NCBI GenBank assembly: GCA_016935365.1
Contig: JAFGRB010000067.1
Coordinates: 11,901 to 75,900 of the forward strand
Direction: 5' to 3'
DNA from: Deltaproteobacteria bacterium
Lineage (GTDB): Bacteria > Myxococcota > B64-G9
DNA length: 64,000 nt
Shown: positions 8,268 through 17,883 of the stretch, in pieces
Layout of the letters: each line of letters starts with the position of its first letter
Position numbering within the stretch: the first letter of the stretch is position 1
Translations under genes and position numbers: made by a program
The notes under the pieces: generated by a model
What the model was told of the DNA's origin: nothing
What the model saw: the letters and a program-made list of their open reading frames with translations, nothing else
Database searches by the model: none

Positions 8268-11173
8268 GACAGCGCATCCAGGGGATGGCTCGCGCCGCCG
8301 CCCGATGCTGCGCACTGCTGCTGATCGCACTCGGTCTTCTCACCTCCCTCACGGCCCGGTCGCACGACCCCGCCCTGCGCTGGTGGACCATCGAAAGCCC
8401 GCATTTCCAGGTACACTTCCCCGAAGGCGAACGCGAGCTCGCCATGCGTGTCGCGCGCATCGCCGAGTACGCCCTCGCCCGCGTCGTCGAGTGGCTCGAG
8501 CACGCGCCCGACGCACCCATTCAAGTCGTGGTCATGGACTCCGCCGACACGGCCAACGGCTCGGCCAGCGTGCTGCCATACAACACGGTTCACGTGTATG
8601 CCGAAGCGCCGGACAGCCTGCACGTGCTCCAGGACTACGACGATCACCTGCAGATCCTCCTCGTCCACGAGCTGACCCACATCGTCCACATGGACACGAT
8701 CCACGGTCTGCCGGCCTGGATCAACCGCGTCCTCGGGCGGACGGTCTTCCCGAACGGCGCACAGCCGGTCTGGTTCACCGAGGGCCTGGCCGTCCATGCC
8801 GAGTCGGCCTTCACGTCCGCCGGCCGTATCCGCTCCTCGCTCTTTCAGATGTACCTGCGCACGGCTGCGCTCGGCGGGACCTTTCCGACGCTCGACGAGG
8901 CGAGCGGGGTGAGCCTGGAGTGGCCACAGGGAACGATTCCGTACCTGGTGGGTGCTTTTTTCGTGGATTACCTGGCGCAGCGATTCGGCCAGACGGCGCT
9001 GACCGATCTCAGCCAGGAGATGAGCGACGAGCTGATCCCGTGGTCGCTCAACGCGATCGCACGCTCCGTGCTGGACGCCGACTACCTCGCGCTGTACGAC
9101 GACTGGCGCGCGCAGGTCGAGGCCGAGGCCCGCGATCAGCTCGAATCGATCGAGTCAGAGGGGCTCACCCCCACCGTCCCCATCACCCGGGGCGGTCAGA
9201 TCCAGGACCGACCTCGCATCTCTCCGGGAGGCGGCGTGCTGGTCTACTACAGCGCGCCGACCGACGACCGGCCCTCGTTGAGGACATCGGCGCTGGACGG
9301 TGGCGGGGATCGCGAGCTCATCGAGGTCAACGGCGCGGGCGGGGCGGCGTTTCGGCCGGACGGCGACAAGATCGTCTTCTCCCAGCCCGAGGTCTTCGAG
9401 CAGTTCTACTACTACCAGGACCTCTTCGAGCTCGACCTGGAGACCGGACATGTCGAGCGGCTCACCCGCGGCCTGCGGGCTCGCTCCCCGGACGTCTCGC
9501 CGGACGGCCGGACGATCGTCTTCGTGCGAAATCGCTCCGGCAAGAGTCAGCTCGCGATGATCGGGATCGACGGCAGCGGGCTGCGCGCCCTGACGTCCTT
9601 TTCGCGCAGCGAGCAGGTCTATACGCCCCGCTTCTCGCCGGACGGACGCCAGGTGGTCTACAGCGCTTCCCGTCCCGACGGCGGACGGGACATCCTCTTG
9701 TTCGACCTGGCGAGCGGTTCGATTCGCCGCTTGACCGACTCGCGCTGCATGGACATGGATCCGGTCTTCACCCCCCGCGGTGATCGGATCCTCTTCAGCT
9801 CGGATCGCACCGGCGTGTTCAACATCCACGAAGTGGATCCGCGAAGCGGGCAGATCCGCCGCCTCACCAGCGTGCTCACCGGCGCCTTTCGACCGCAGCC
9901 CGCTCTCGATTCCTCCGGCATCGCCTTCGTGCTCTATGGCCCGCGAGGCTTCGACATCGCCTGGATGGACTGGCCCGAACAGCGCTTCGACGATCGAACG
10001 ACGCGCGCGCCCAGACCGGCCCCGCACGTCGAGATCGAGCCGGTCCGCTATCCCGTCGAGCCCTACCGGCCGTGGACCACGCTGCTGCCCAGGAGCTGGT
10101 TTCCGCTCTACGGCGAGGATCCGGGCGGGACGACACTGGGGGTGCTCTTCGGAGGCCAGGACGTGATCGGCCAGATCAGCTACCAGGCCGGCATCACCAT
10201 GGGCATCGAGAGCAAGGAAGTCCACGCCGACCTGAGCCTCAAGTCGAGGCTCCTCTACCCCACCCTGTCGGCTTACTTCAGCCGTCACGTCTATCGGAGC
10301 TCGGGCCTGGCGCGGGTCAACGGCGAGCCCTGGCCCCTGGACCGAGAGCGGATCACGCTCTTTGTCGACCTCGCCTTCCCATTCTCCAGCGTCCGACGGA
10401 CCGACATGCTATTCGCCAACTACGATGTGCATTGGTTCGACAGCCGCGGGGAAATCCCGTTCGATCCCATGGACATGGAGCCGACGCTGCCGGACGATCG
10501 ACGTCTGGCATGGCTGTCGATCGGTTGGTACGGATCCGACGTGCGCAGCTATACCCAGTCGATCAGCGCCGAGGAGGGCCTGTCGGCATCGCTGTCCTTA
10601 CGCTACGCACACCCGGCGCTCGGCAGCAGCGCCCGTGTGGCCGAGGCGCGCTTCTGGCTCCGGACCTACTTCCCGATCGTCCGGCGCCTGCACCACGTAC
10701 TGGCGCTGGCGCTGCAGGGCGGCCTGGCGATCGGGGACGCGAGGAGCAAGTCGGCCTTCGGTGTCGGCGGGCTGCCTCTTCGGGATCCCGTCCAGGACAT
10801 CTACTACGGCTATCGCTACGGCGGTCTCTATTTGCGAGGCTATGCGCCGGGCGCCTTCGCGGGTTCGGCCTACCTGCTGGCCTCGGCCGAGTACCGCTTG
10901 CCGATATGGACCATCGAGCGCGGTCTGCTCACCTTGCCCTTCTTCCTCCAGCGTCTCCACGCAGCCGTCTTCATCGACGCGGGCGGGGCGGGACCCGCCG
11001 ACCGAGGCGACGAGCTGCTCGGAGAGCTGTGCAAGGTCGGCCTCGGGGCCGAGCTGCGGCTCGATATGCTGCTGGCCTATCACCTGCCATTCAGCCTGCG
11101 CTTCGGTTACGGGCGTGGTCTGATGGAGGGCGGGACGAACAACATCTATCTCACGATGGGTTCGGGCTTCTGA
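8264..11173 (+). CDS. Outer-membrane multidomain protein: HExxH metallopeptidase-like domain, PD40/TolB-type beta-propeller and Omp85/BamA-like C-terminal barrel
   Basis: ATG 8264 overlaps the kinase stop (ATGA). A signal peptide is present. 'LVHELTHIVHMD' carries HExxH. There are at least five PD40-like repeats ('FRPDGDKIVFSQ', 'VSPDGRTIVFVRNRSG', 'FSPDGRQVVYSAS', 'FTPRGDRILFSSDRTG'). The C-terminus 'GGLYLRGY...SAEYRLPIW...FIDAGGAG...GLGAELRL...LRFGYG...IYLTMGSGF' is typical of Omp85-family barrels and ends in Phe. Confidence 0.85.
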   Translation: MRQRIQGMARAAARCCALLLIALGLLTSLTARSHDPALRWWTIESPHFQVHFPEGERELAMRVARIAEYALARVVEWLEHAPDAPIQVVVMDSADTANGSASVLPYNTVHVYAEAPDSLHVLQDYDDHLQILLVHELTHIVHMDTIHGLPAWINRVLGRTVFPNGAQPVWFTEGLAVHAESAFTSAGRIRSSLFQMYLRTAALGGTFPTLDEASGVSLEWPQGTIPYLVGAFFVDYLAQRFGQTALTDLSQEMSDELIPWSLNAIARSVLDADYLALYDDWRAQVEAEARDQLESIESEGLTPTVPITRGGQIQDRPRISPGGGVLVYYSAPTDDRPSLRTSALDGGGDRELIEVNGAGGAAFRPDGDKIVFSQPEVFEQFYYYQDLFELDLETGHVERLTRGLRARSPDVSPDGRTIVFVRNRSGKSQLAMIGIDGSGLRALTSFSRSEQVYTPRFSPDGRQVVYSASRPDGGRDILLFDLASGSIRRLTDSRCMDMDPVFTPRGDRILFSSDRTGVFNIHEVDPRSGQIRRLTSVLTGAFRPQPALDSSGIAFVLYGPRGFDIAWMDWPEQRFDDRTTRAPRPAPHVEIEPVRYPVEPYRPWTTLLPRSWFPLYGEDPGGTTLGVLFGGQDVIGQISYQAGITMGIESKEVHADLSLKSRLLYPTLSAYFSRHVYRSSGLARVNGEPWPLDRERITLFVDLAFPFSSVRRTDMLFANYDVHWFDSRGEIPFDPMDMEPTLPDDRRLAWLSIGWYGSDVRSYTQSISAEEGLSASLSLRYAHPALGSSARVAEARFWLRTYFPIVRRLHHVLALALQGGLAIGDARSKSAFGVGGLPLRDPVQDIYYGYRYGGLYLRGYAPGAFAGSAYLLASAEYRLPIWTIERGLLTLPFFLQRLHAAVFIDAGGAGPADRGDELLGELCKVGLGAELRLDMLLAYHLPFSLRFGYGRGLMEGGTNNIYLTMGSGF

Positions 11174-11245
11174 TCGACACCGGACTCGACGCTGGACATA
11201 CGCCCGTTTCTGAAAGAAACTCGACCTCATTCCGGGAGGCGACGG

Positions 11246-14092
11246 GTGAGCTCCAGCTCCGGACAGCTTCGCCGCACTCTGGCTGCAGTGCTTCGCATCC
11301 AACCCGGCGAGGGCCGCAAGACGGCCCTCATGTTCGGGATCCTCTTCTGCGTCGTCGGCTCCTTCATCATCGGTCGGGTCGCCAGGGACAGCCTCTTTTT
11401 GAGCCGCTACTCGATCGACTACCTGCCCTTCCTCTACATCTGGGTCGCGCTGGGCGTGAGCCTGGAGTCCTACCTGTACTCCCGCATCGCGGATCGCGTC
11501 CGGCGGGATCGATTGCTCGTCGTGAGCGTGGCGTGCATCCTGGTTCTCTACCTGGCCTCCTGGCTCATGGTCAACCTGGTGGGCGACTGGTTCTTCCCCG
11601 TCTTCTACGTCCTGGTCGAGTTGTTCGGCAGCCTGCTGATCATCCAGTCATGGACGCTGGCCAACGAGGTCTTCACGACGCGCGAAGCCAAGCGGCTCTT
11701 CGGTCTGATCGGAGGCGGAGGCGTCGCCTCGTCGGTCGTGCTGGGATTCTCCATCCGGGGCGTCGTGCGGCTGATGGGCACGGAGCAGCTCCTGCTGCTG
11801 AGCGCCTTTCTCCTCGGGGGGGCGCTGGTGCTGGGGCTGCTGCTGTCTCGGGCCTGCCGTGAGGACATCCTCGCCAGCATGTCCCAGATGCACCGCGAGC
11901 TCAGCCGCCGCATCGCCCTGCTGTCCGACTGGCGCAGGATCCTGGCCAGCAAGCACCTGCTGACGGTGGCCGGCCTGATCACCGTGTTGGGACTGGCCAT
12001 CACCCTGGTCGACTACCAGTTCAAGGTCTCGGCGCGCTATGCCTACCTCAACCAGGAAGACCAGCTGGCTGCCTTCTTCGGCCTGTTCTACGGCTTGACC
12101 GGCTGCTTGAGCGTGCTGCTCCAGGTCTTCGTGACCGGCCGGATCCTGGAGCGCTTCGGCATCCTGGTCTCGCTGCTGCTGCTGCCGGCCGCCCTGCTGG
12201 TAGGGACGATCGGCTTGCTCGTCCACGTCGCGCTGTGGAGCGCCACCCTGCTCAAAGGCGGCGACGCCGTGCTGCGCTATACCGTCAACGATGCCACGGT
12301 CCAGCTCCTCTACCTGCCGGTGCCTTCCAGCATCCGGGGACGCGCCAAGGCATTCGTCGACGGGATCATCCGCCCCCTGGCCATCGGCCTGGGCGGCTGC
12401 AGCCTGGCCTGGGTTCTTCCCCGGCTCGCCGAGGATGCGTTCGGCTGGCTGCTGCTCGTGCTGGTCCTGGCGTGGTCCGTCCTCGCCATCGGCGTGCGGC
12501 GACAGTATCTGGCCTCGCTCGTCCAGACCCTGCGCATGCGGCGTCTGAACCTCGACGAGGCCAGCCACTTCGTGCCCGACCAGGCGGCCACGCGCGTGCT
12601 CGAGGAAGCGCTCGGCGATCCCTCGGAACAAAACGTGCTCCACGCCCTGGAGCTCATCCCGTACAGCCCGCGCAAGGACTGGAGCGAGGTCCTGATCCGC
12701 CTCCTCAAGCACCGTCATCCGCAAGTGCGCGCGAACGCCCTGCAGCGGATCGGCGCCGAGGGCAACCTGTCCCACGGACCCGTCGTTCACGCATGCCTGC
12801 GGGATCCGGATCCCACCGTCCTGGCAGCAGCCATCGAGGCTTACTGCGCGATCGGCAAGGTCCGCGCGGTCCACACGATCTCGAGCTTCTTGGATCACGA
12901 CGACCTGGCCGTCCAGGCCGCCGCGGTGATCGGGCTCGTCCGCTACGGCGGCCTGGATGGCGTGCTCAGCTCTGCCGAGCGCCTCAAGGCGATGCTCGAG
13001 AGCCCGAGCGGAGACGAGCGAGCAGCGGGAGCGCGAATCCTGGGAGAGATCCAGGTCAAGAACTTCTACCATCCCTTGCTGAAGCTGATGACCGACGACG
13101 ACATCCAGGTCCGCCTGTCCGCGATCCGGGCTTCCGGACGCATGCGAAGCCGAGAGCTGCTCCCGGCCCTCGTCTATCGCCTGGAGCAGCCGGACACGCG
13201 CTCGACAGCCGCCGAGTCCCTGGTCTCCTTCGGGACCCAGGCCGTGCCCTTGCTTTCCCGGGTCCTGGGCAACGAGAGCGAGTCCTGCGCCACCCGGCTG
13301 GCCGTCGCCTCGATCCTCGCCCGGATCGGGGACCAGGCCAGCCTGAACGCGCTGGTGGACCAGATCCAGGCCCCGCAGGATGCCGTGCGCAGCCGGGTGC
13401 TGGAGGCCATCCACCGGCTACGGCTGCACAAGCCCCATCTGGAGATACCGCAGGACCACCTGCAGCAGTCCGTGATGGACGAGATCCACGCGTTGTTCGA
13501 GCTGGCATACATCCTCGACGACATCGGCACGCCGGACGGCTCGCTGCTTCGAGATGCCCTGGACCACCGCTGGCGCCAGTCCGTGCGCCGGGTCTTTCGG
13601 CTCCTGTCCTGCTTGCTGCCCACCCGCGCAGTCGACGCCGTGTTCGCCGGCCTGGCCTCGCCGATCCGGCGCTATCGCGCCAACGCGCTCGAGCTGCTCG
13701 ACAACCTGCTCGAAGCGGATCTCAAGCGCCTGCTGCTCTGCCTGCTGGACGACGCCCAGCGCGATCGCCGCCTGGAGGAGGGCCGGGTGGCATTCGGCCT
13801 CGGGCACGAGGATCGCGTCGCGCGCCTGCGCGCATTGTTGACCGCATCCGACAGCTGGCTGGTCACCTGCGTCCTGTACGAGGCGGGCCAGATGCGCACC
13901 GCCGAGCTGGAGCAGGATATCCTGACCTGCACCACCTCCGACGATCCGCTGGTGCGGGAGACGGCGCTGCTGGCCCTCGGGCGGATCCTGCCGGGGAGCG
14001 AGCTGCAACGGACAGCCCGGCGCCACCTCAAGGATCCGTCCGAGCAGGTCAGCAGCTACGCCGCCTGGCTGCTCCAGGGGGCGACGAGTTGA
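11246..14092 (+). CDS. TLC/Npt-like (ATP:ADP-antiporter-type MFS) membrane domain fused to a HEAT-repeat domain, paralog 1
   Basis: GTG start after GGGAGG. The N-terminus 'IQPGEGRKTALMF...RDSLFLSRYSIDYLPFLYIWVA' and 'FTTREAKRLFGLIGGGG' match my memory of Npt1/Npt2-type transporters. About 11-12 TM helices are followed by about 500 aa of HEAT-like repeats ('HRHPQVRANALQRIG', 'DPDPTVLAAAIEAY', 'DDDIQVRLSAIRASG'). Confidence 0.85.
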   Translation: MSSSSGQLRRTLAAVLRIQPGEGRKTALMFGILFCVVGSFIIGRVARDSLFLSRYSIDYLPFLYIWVALGVSLESYLYSRIADRVRRDRLLVVSVACILVLYLASWLMVNLVGDWFFPVFYVLVELFGSLLIIQSWTLANEVFTTREAKRLFGLIGGGGVASSVVLGFSIRGVVRLMGTEQLLLLSAFLLGGALVLGLLLSRACREDILASMSQMHRELSRRIALLSDWRRILASKHLLTVAGLITVLGLAITLVDYQFKVSARYAYLNQEDQLAAFFGLFYGLTGCLSVLLQVFVTGRILERFGILVSLLLLPAALLVGTIGLLVHVALWSATLLKGGDAVLRYTVNDATVQLLYLPVPSSIRGRAKAFVDGIIRPLAIGLGGCSLAWVLPRLAEDAFGWLLLVLVLAWSVLAIGVRRQYLASLVQTLRMRRLNLDEASHFVPDQAATRVLEEALGDPSEQNVLHALELIPYSPRKDWSEVLIRLLKHRHPQVRANALQRIGAEGNLSHGPVVHACLRDPDPTVLAAAIEAYCAIGKVRAVHTISSFLDHDDLAVQAAAVIGLVRYGGLDGVLSSAERLKAMLESPSGDERAAGARILGEIQVKNFYHPLLKLMTDDDIQVRLSAIRASGRMRSRELLPALVYRLEQPDTRSTAAESLVSFGTQAVPLLSRVLGNESESCATRLAVASILARIGDQASLNALVDQIQAPQDAVRSRVLEAIHRLRLHKPHLEIPQDHLQQSVMDEIHALFELAYILDDIGTPDGSLLRDALDHRWRQSVRRVFRLLSCLLPTRAVDAVFAGLASPIRRYRANALELLDNLLEADLKRLLLCLLDDAQRDRRLEEGRVAFGLGHEDRVARLRALLTASDSWLVTCVLYEAGQMRTAELEQDILTCTTSDDPLVRETALLALGRILPGSELQRTARRHLKDPSEQVSSYAAWLLQGATS

Positions 14093-16902
14093 GCAGGCTG
14101 CTGCGCTGGCTCGGTATGCAACCCGGAGAGCTGGCCCGCACGGGCTGGATGTTCTGCTACCTCCTGCTGACGGTCGGCGCATTCATCAGTGGGCGGATCA
14201 CGCGAGACGCCCTGTTTCTCAACCGCTACGACATCGAGTACCTGCCGTACATGTACGTCTGGGTGGCCGTGGCGATGAGCGCCGTTGCCTACCTCTACTC
14301 CCGCTTCGCGGATCGCTTTCGTCGAGATCGACTCGTGCTGGCGGTCACCGCCGTGCTGCTGGCGGGTGTGCTGATCGCGCGGGTGCTGACCACGACGGCC
14401 GGAGTGTGGTTCTATCCCGTGCTCTACGTCTACGTGGAGCTGATGGGTGGCCTGTCCATGATCCTCTTCTGGACATTCGCCAACGACGTATTCACGACCC
14501 GGGAGGCGAAACGCCTTTTCGGCCTGGTCGGAGCCGGCGGTGTGGTCGCCACGGTGCTCGCCGGATTCACCATCAGCGGCATCTCCGAGCGCATCGGCAC
14601 GATCAACCTCCTGTGGCTGTGCGCCGGCCTGCTGGCGGGCTGCATGGCTTTGGTCATCGTCCTCAGCCGGATTAGCCGCACGCGCCTGGAACAGGCCGCG
14701 GCGGGCTTCCGAGCCCCGCGGACCATCTCGCTCGGCGCGGACTGGATCCGTCTGCTCGGCAACCCGCAGTTGAAAGTCATCGCCCTGATGACCATGCTGG
14801 CCTTCGTCACCGTCACCATCGTCGACTACCAGTTCAAGTTCATCGCCCGCAACACTTTCCTCAACCGCGAGGATCAGCTGGCCGCTTTCTTCGGGCTGTT
14901 CTACGGTGCAGCCGGCGCGCTGAGCATCTTCATCCAGCTTCTGCTCACCGGCCGGGTCCTGCAACGCTTCGGAGTGGTCGCCGCGCTGACGATCCTGCCG
15001 CTGGCACTCGGAGGAGGGACCTCGCTGCTGCTGATCGCACCCGGCATCCTGACCGCCAGCCTGCTCAAGGGCACCGACAACGTATTGCGCTACACGATCC
15101 ACGACGCGAGCACCCAGCTGCTCTACCTGCCCATACCTGGCCACTTGCGCGGGCGCGCCAAGGCCTTCATCGAGGGCATTCTCAAGCCGCTCGCCCAGGG
15201 TCTGACCGGGCTGGTCATCGCCTGGTCGGCCTGGCTGGTCGGTCACCGGGTCGACTGGCTCGGCTTCGGTTCGTTCTTCTTTCTGGTGGCCTGGATCACC
15301 TTGATCGTGGGTCTGAAAAAGGACTACCTGCACGCCCTGGCCGCCTCGCTGCGAAGGCGCGAGACTCGCCTCGGCCGCGCAGCCGCACCCGCGTCCGGGC
15401 CGGGAGGGGTCGCGGCCCTGCAGCGGACCCTGGCGGACGAGGACGAGCAGAACGTGCTGGACGCGATGGAGATTCTACCATTCGCACAGCGCCACGACTG
15501 GTCCAAGCAGCTCGCCGGCCTCCTGGATCACCGCTCGCCGCAGGTCCGGATGCAGGCCGTGCGCTTGCTCGAGAGAGAGGACCCGATCTCGTTTCTGGAT
15601 CGCGTTTTGATGCTGTTCGACGATCCGGATCACGGCGTGCGCGCCGAGGCGGTCAACTTCTACTGCGGGGTGCTCAAGGAAAAATCCATGCCAGCCGTCT
15701 TGCCCTTGCTGCGCGACGGGTCGAGCCGTGTCCGCGCGAGCGCGGTGGCCGGCCTGATCGAGTATGGCGGTCTGGATGGCATCATCCTCGCGTCGCAGAG
15801 CCTGCGCGAGATGCTCGCATCCGCGGATGCCGGGGATCGGCGAGCCGCGGCCTGGGCCATCGGTCGGGCTCGCCTGCCGACGCTCTACCGCAGTCTGCTG
15901 CCTCTGCTGGAGGATCCCCAGCCCCAGGTGCGGGTCGAGGCCGTGCGGGCAGCCGGTGAGCTGGAATCGCCCGAGCTCGTCTTGAGCTTGATCCATCGGC
16001 TCCTGGATCCCCACAGCTGCCGGGCAGCCGTCTCGGCCCTGGCCGCCTACGGACCCTCTTTGCTGAAGACGCTGCGGACCATTCTCGGCAACCCGCGAGA
16101 ACAGCCCGAGATCCGCGAGGCCATCCCCCGCGTGCTGGCGCGGATCGGGGACCAGCTCAGCATGGACATCCTCTCCCGCGTGCTCGAGACCGCCACGACA
16201 GCCCTGCGGGCCCAGGCGCTCGAAGCCATCCTCCAGCTCCACCTTCGCTACCCGAAGCTCACCCGCGACCGAGGGATGCTGCGGCGGGTCTTGCACCGGG
16301 AGCTCAAGCAGGCCTTTCAGTTTTTGGCCATCTCGATCGATGTCCGTCCGCTCGAAGCGCCGCTGCTCGAGGAGAGCATCCGGCACAGGTACCAGCAGTG
16401 CATCGATCGGATCTTCAAGCTGCTGATGGTCCTCTATCCGGGTCAGAACATGGAGGTGGTCCACCGCAACCTCGCCAACCCGATCGACTCGATCCGCGCA
16501 AACGCGCTGGAGCTGCTGGAGCAATCGGTCGACGATGAGACCCGCCGCTGCCTCCTGCCGCTGCTGGAAGAGCACGATCCGGCTTCCCTGGCATCCAGGG
16601 GAGATGCGCTCTTCCCCCTGCTGCACCACAAGCCTTTCGACTGGCTCTACGAGCTCTTGCTGGGAGAGCACGTGTGGACCACGGCGTGCTGCCTGGACGT
16701 GATCCGCAGGCTGGGCGACCGGCGTTTCGAACCCCATGTGCGGATGCTGCTCGACAGCGACAAGGCGCTCGTGCGGGAGATGGCGGTCTTCTGCCTGGGC
16801 GAGCTCAGCCGCGGCGACGATCTCTCGCAGGCCTTGGCCCCGCTGGCGGCGGATCCCGACCCGCGCGTGCGCCAGGCGGCGCGCGGTCTATGCGCCACAT
16901 AG
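14089..16902 (+). CDS. TLC/Npt-like membrane domain fused to a HEAT-repeat domain, paralog 2
   Basis: Same architecture as paralog 1 ('MQPGELARTGWMF...RDALFLNRYDIEYLPYMYVWVA', 'FTTREAKRLFGLVGAGG', HEAT units 'HRSPQVRMQAVRLLE', 'DPDHGVRAEAVNFY', 'DPQPQVRVEAVRAAG'). Similarity to paralog 1 extends upstream of the first ATG (14116). I therefore favour TTG 14089, which overlaps the upstream stop (TTGA). ORF-track 12235..16902 is an open-frame artefact upstream. Confidence 0.82.
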   Translation: MSRLLRWLGMQPGELARTGWMFCYLLLTVGAFISGRITRDALFLNRYDIEYLPYMYVWVAVAMSAVAYLYSRFADRFRRDRLVLAVTAVLLAGVLIARVLTTTAGVWFYPVLYVYVELMGGLSMILFWTFANDVFTTREAKRLFGLVGAGGVVATVLAGFTISGISERIGTINLLWLCAGLLAGCMALVIVLSRISRTRLEQAAAGFRAPRTISLGADWIRLLGNPQLKVIALMTMLAFVTVTIVDYQFKFIARNTFLNREDQLAAFFGLFYGAAGALSIFIQLLLTGRVLQRFGVVAALTILPLALGGGTSLLLIAPGILTASLLKGTDNVLRYTIHDASTQLLYLPIPGHLRGRAKAFIEGILKPLAQGLTGLVIAWSAWLVGHRVDWLGFGSFFFLVAWITLIVGLKKDYLHALAASLRRRETRLGRAAAPASGPGGVAALQRTLADEDEQNVLDAMEILPFAQRHDWSKQLAGLLDHRSPQVRMQAVRLLEREDPISFLDRVLMLFDDPDHGVRAEAVNFYCGVLKEKSMPAVLPLLRDGSSRVRASAVAGLIEYGGLDGIILASQSLREMLASADAGDRRAAAWAIGRARLPTLYRSLLPLLEDPQPQVRVEAVRAAGELESPELVLSLIHRLLDPHSCRAAVSALAAYGPSLLKTLRTILGNPREQPEIREAIPRVLARIGDQLSMDILSRVLETATTALRAQALEAILQLHLRYPKLTRDRGMLRRVLHRELKQAFQFLAISIDVRPLEAPLLEESIRHRYQQCIDRIFKLLMVLYPGQNMEVVHRNLANPIDSIRANALELLEQSVDDETRRCLLPLLEEHDPASLASRGDALFPLLHHKPFDWLYELLLGEHVWTTACCLDVIRRLGDRRFEPHVRMLLDSDKALVREMAVFCLGELSRGDDLSQALAPLAADPDPRVRQAARGLCAT

Positions 16903-16999
16903 ATGGCCTGCCCGCCCGCGAGTTTGCGAGCCGGCCCAGCCTGTGATAGGGTCTGCGGGCATTCTCGGCAGGAACGACCTGCCGGCGCGGAGGACACCG

Positions 17000-17857
17000 A
17001 TGAGATCGATCGCCGCCGTATTGCTGCTCGCGCTGCCCGGCATCCCGGCCAGCGCCCAGGAGCCCAGCCCCCCGACCGTCGACGAGATCATGAAGCAGGT
17101 CGAGGTCGAGATGGCCAAGGTCAAGGACTACACGGCCATCATGTACAAGCAGGAGCGTTTCGTCGACAAGCTCGGGCCCGTGGAGAAGATGAGCATCAAG
17201 TTCGCCAGCCCCTTCAAGGTCTACATCAAGTTCTTGACCGTCCACAAGGGCCGTGAGGCGATCTACGTGCGGGGCAGGAACAGCAACGAGGCCAAGGTCC
17301 ACAAGGGCTCCTTTCCCGACTTGACGGTCAACCTGGACCCTCGCGGCAGCATGGCCATGGAGGGCAACCACCACCCGGTGACCGATTTCGGCCTGGACAA
17401 CACCATGCGGGTGGCCCGGAAGAACCTCGCCACGGCCCGCAAGCACGGCGAGGGGGAGTTCTCCGTCACCGATGGCGGTCTCATCGACGGCAAGGCCACC
17501 TGGAGGATCGAGTCGAAGTTCCCCCGCGGGGGCTACTTCACGACAGCCAAGGATGACGAGACGCTCTGGCATATCGCCGACCGCACCGGGCAGGACATGT
17601 ACGTGATCATGTACTGCAACAGGAAGAATTACGACGAGCCAGACGATCCCGACGAGGGCGACAAGGTCTTCATCCCCCGCTACTACGGCGGTCGCTCGGA
17701 GTTCTTCCTGGAAAAGAAGACCCTGATGCCGCTCAAGGTGACCACCTGGGACTGGGACGGGAAGATGTACGAGACCTACGAGTACCACGACCTCAAGCTC
17801 AACGTCGGCCTGAGCAGGAAGGACTTCGATCCCGACAACAAGGCATACGACTTCTGA
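17000..17857 (+). CDS. Secreted DUF1571/LolA-like protein with an inserted LysM-like segment
   Basis: ATG 17000 follows GGAGGA. Signal peptide MRSIAAVLLLALPGIPASA. 'VKDYTAIMYKQERFVDKLGPVEKMSIKFASPFKVYIKFL' resembles DUF1571 proteins. 'DETLWHIADRTGQDMYVIMYCN...GDKVFIP' is LysM-like. The family assignment is from memory. Confidence 0.65.
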   Translation: MRSIAAVLLLALPGIPASAQEPSPPTVDEIMKQVEVEMAKVKDYTAIMYKQERFVDKLGPVEKMSIKFASPFKVYIKFLTVHKGREAIYVRGRNSNEAKVHKGSFPDLTVNLDPRGSMAMEGNHHPVTDFGLDNTMRVARKNLATARKHGEGEFSVTDGGLIDGKATWRIESKFPRGGYFTTAKDDETLWHIADRTGQDMYVIMYCNRKNYDEPDDPDEGDKVFIPRYYGGRSEFFLEKKTLMPLKVTTWDWDGKMYETYEYHDLKLNVGLSRKDFDPDNKAYDF

Positions 17858-17883
17858 ACGTGCATGAGCGAGGGTCCGGCGTC

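Noticed and set aside
12235-14088. The upstream 1.85 kb of track ORF 12235..16902 would make a 1555-aa protein overlapping paralog 1 in another frame.
   Set aside because: The overlapped part translates to Arg/Pro/Gly-rich junk. Homology to paralog 1 begins only at about 14089, so the real gene starts at TTG 14089 or ATG 14116.
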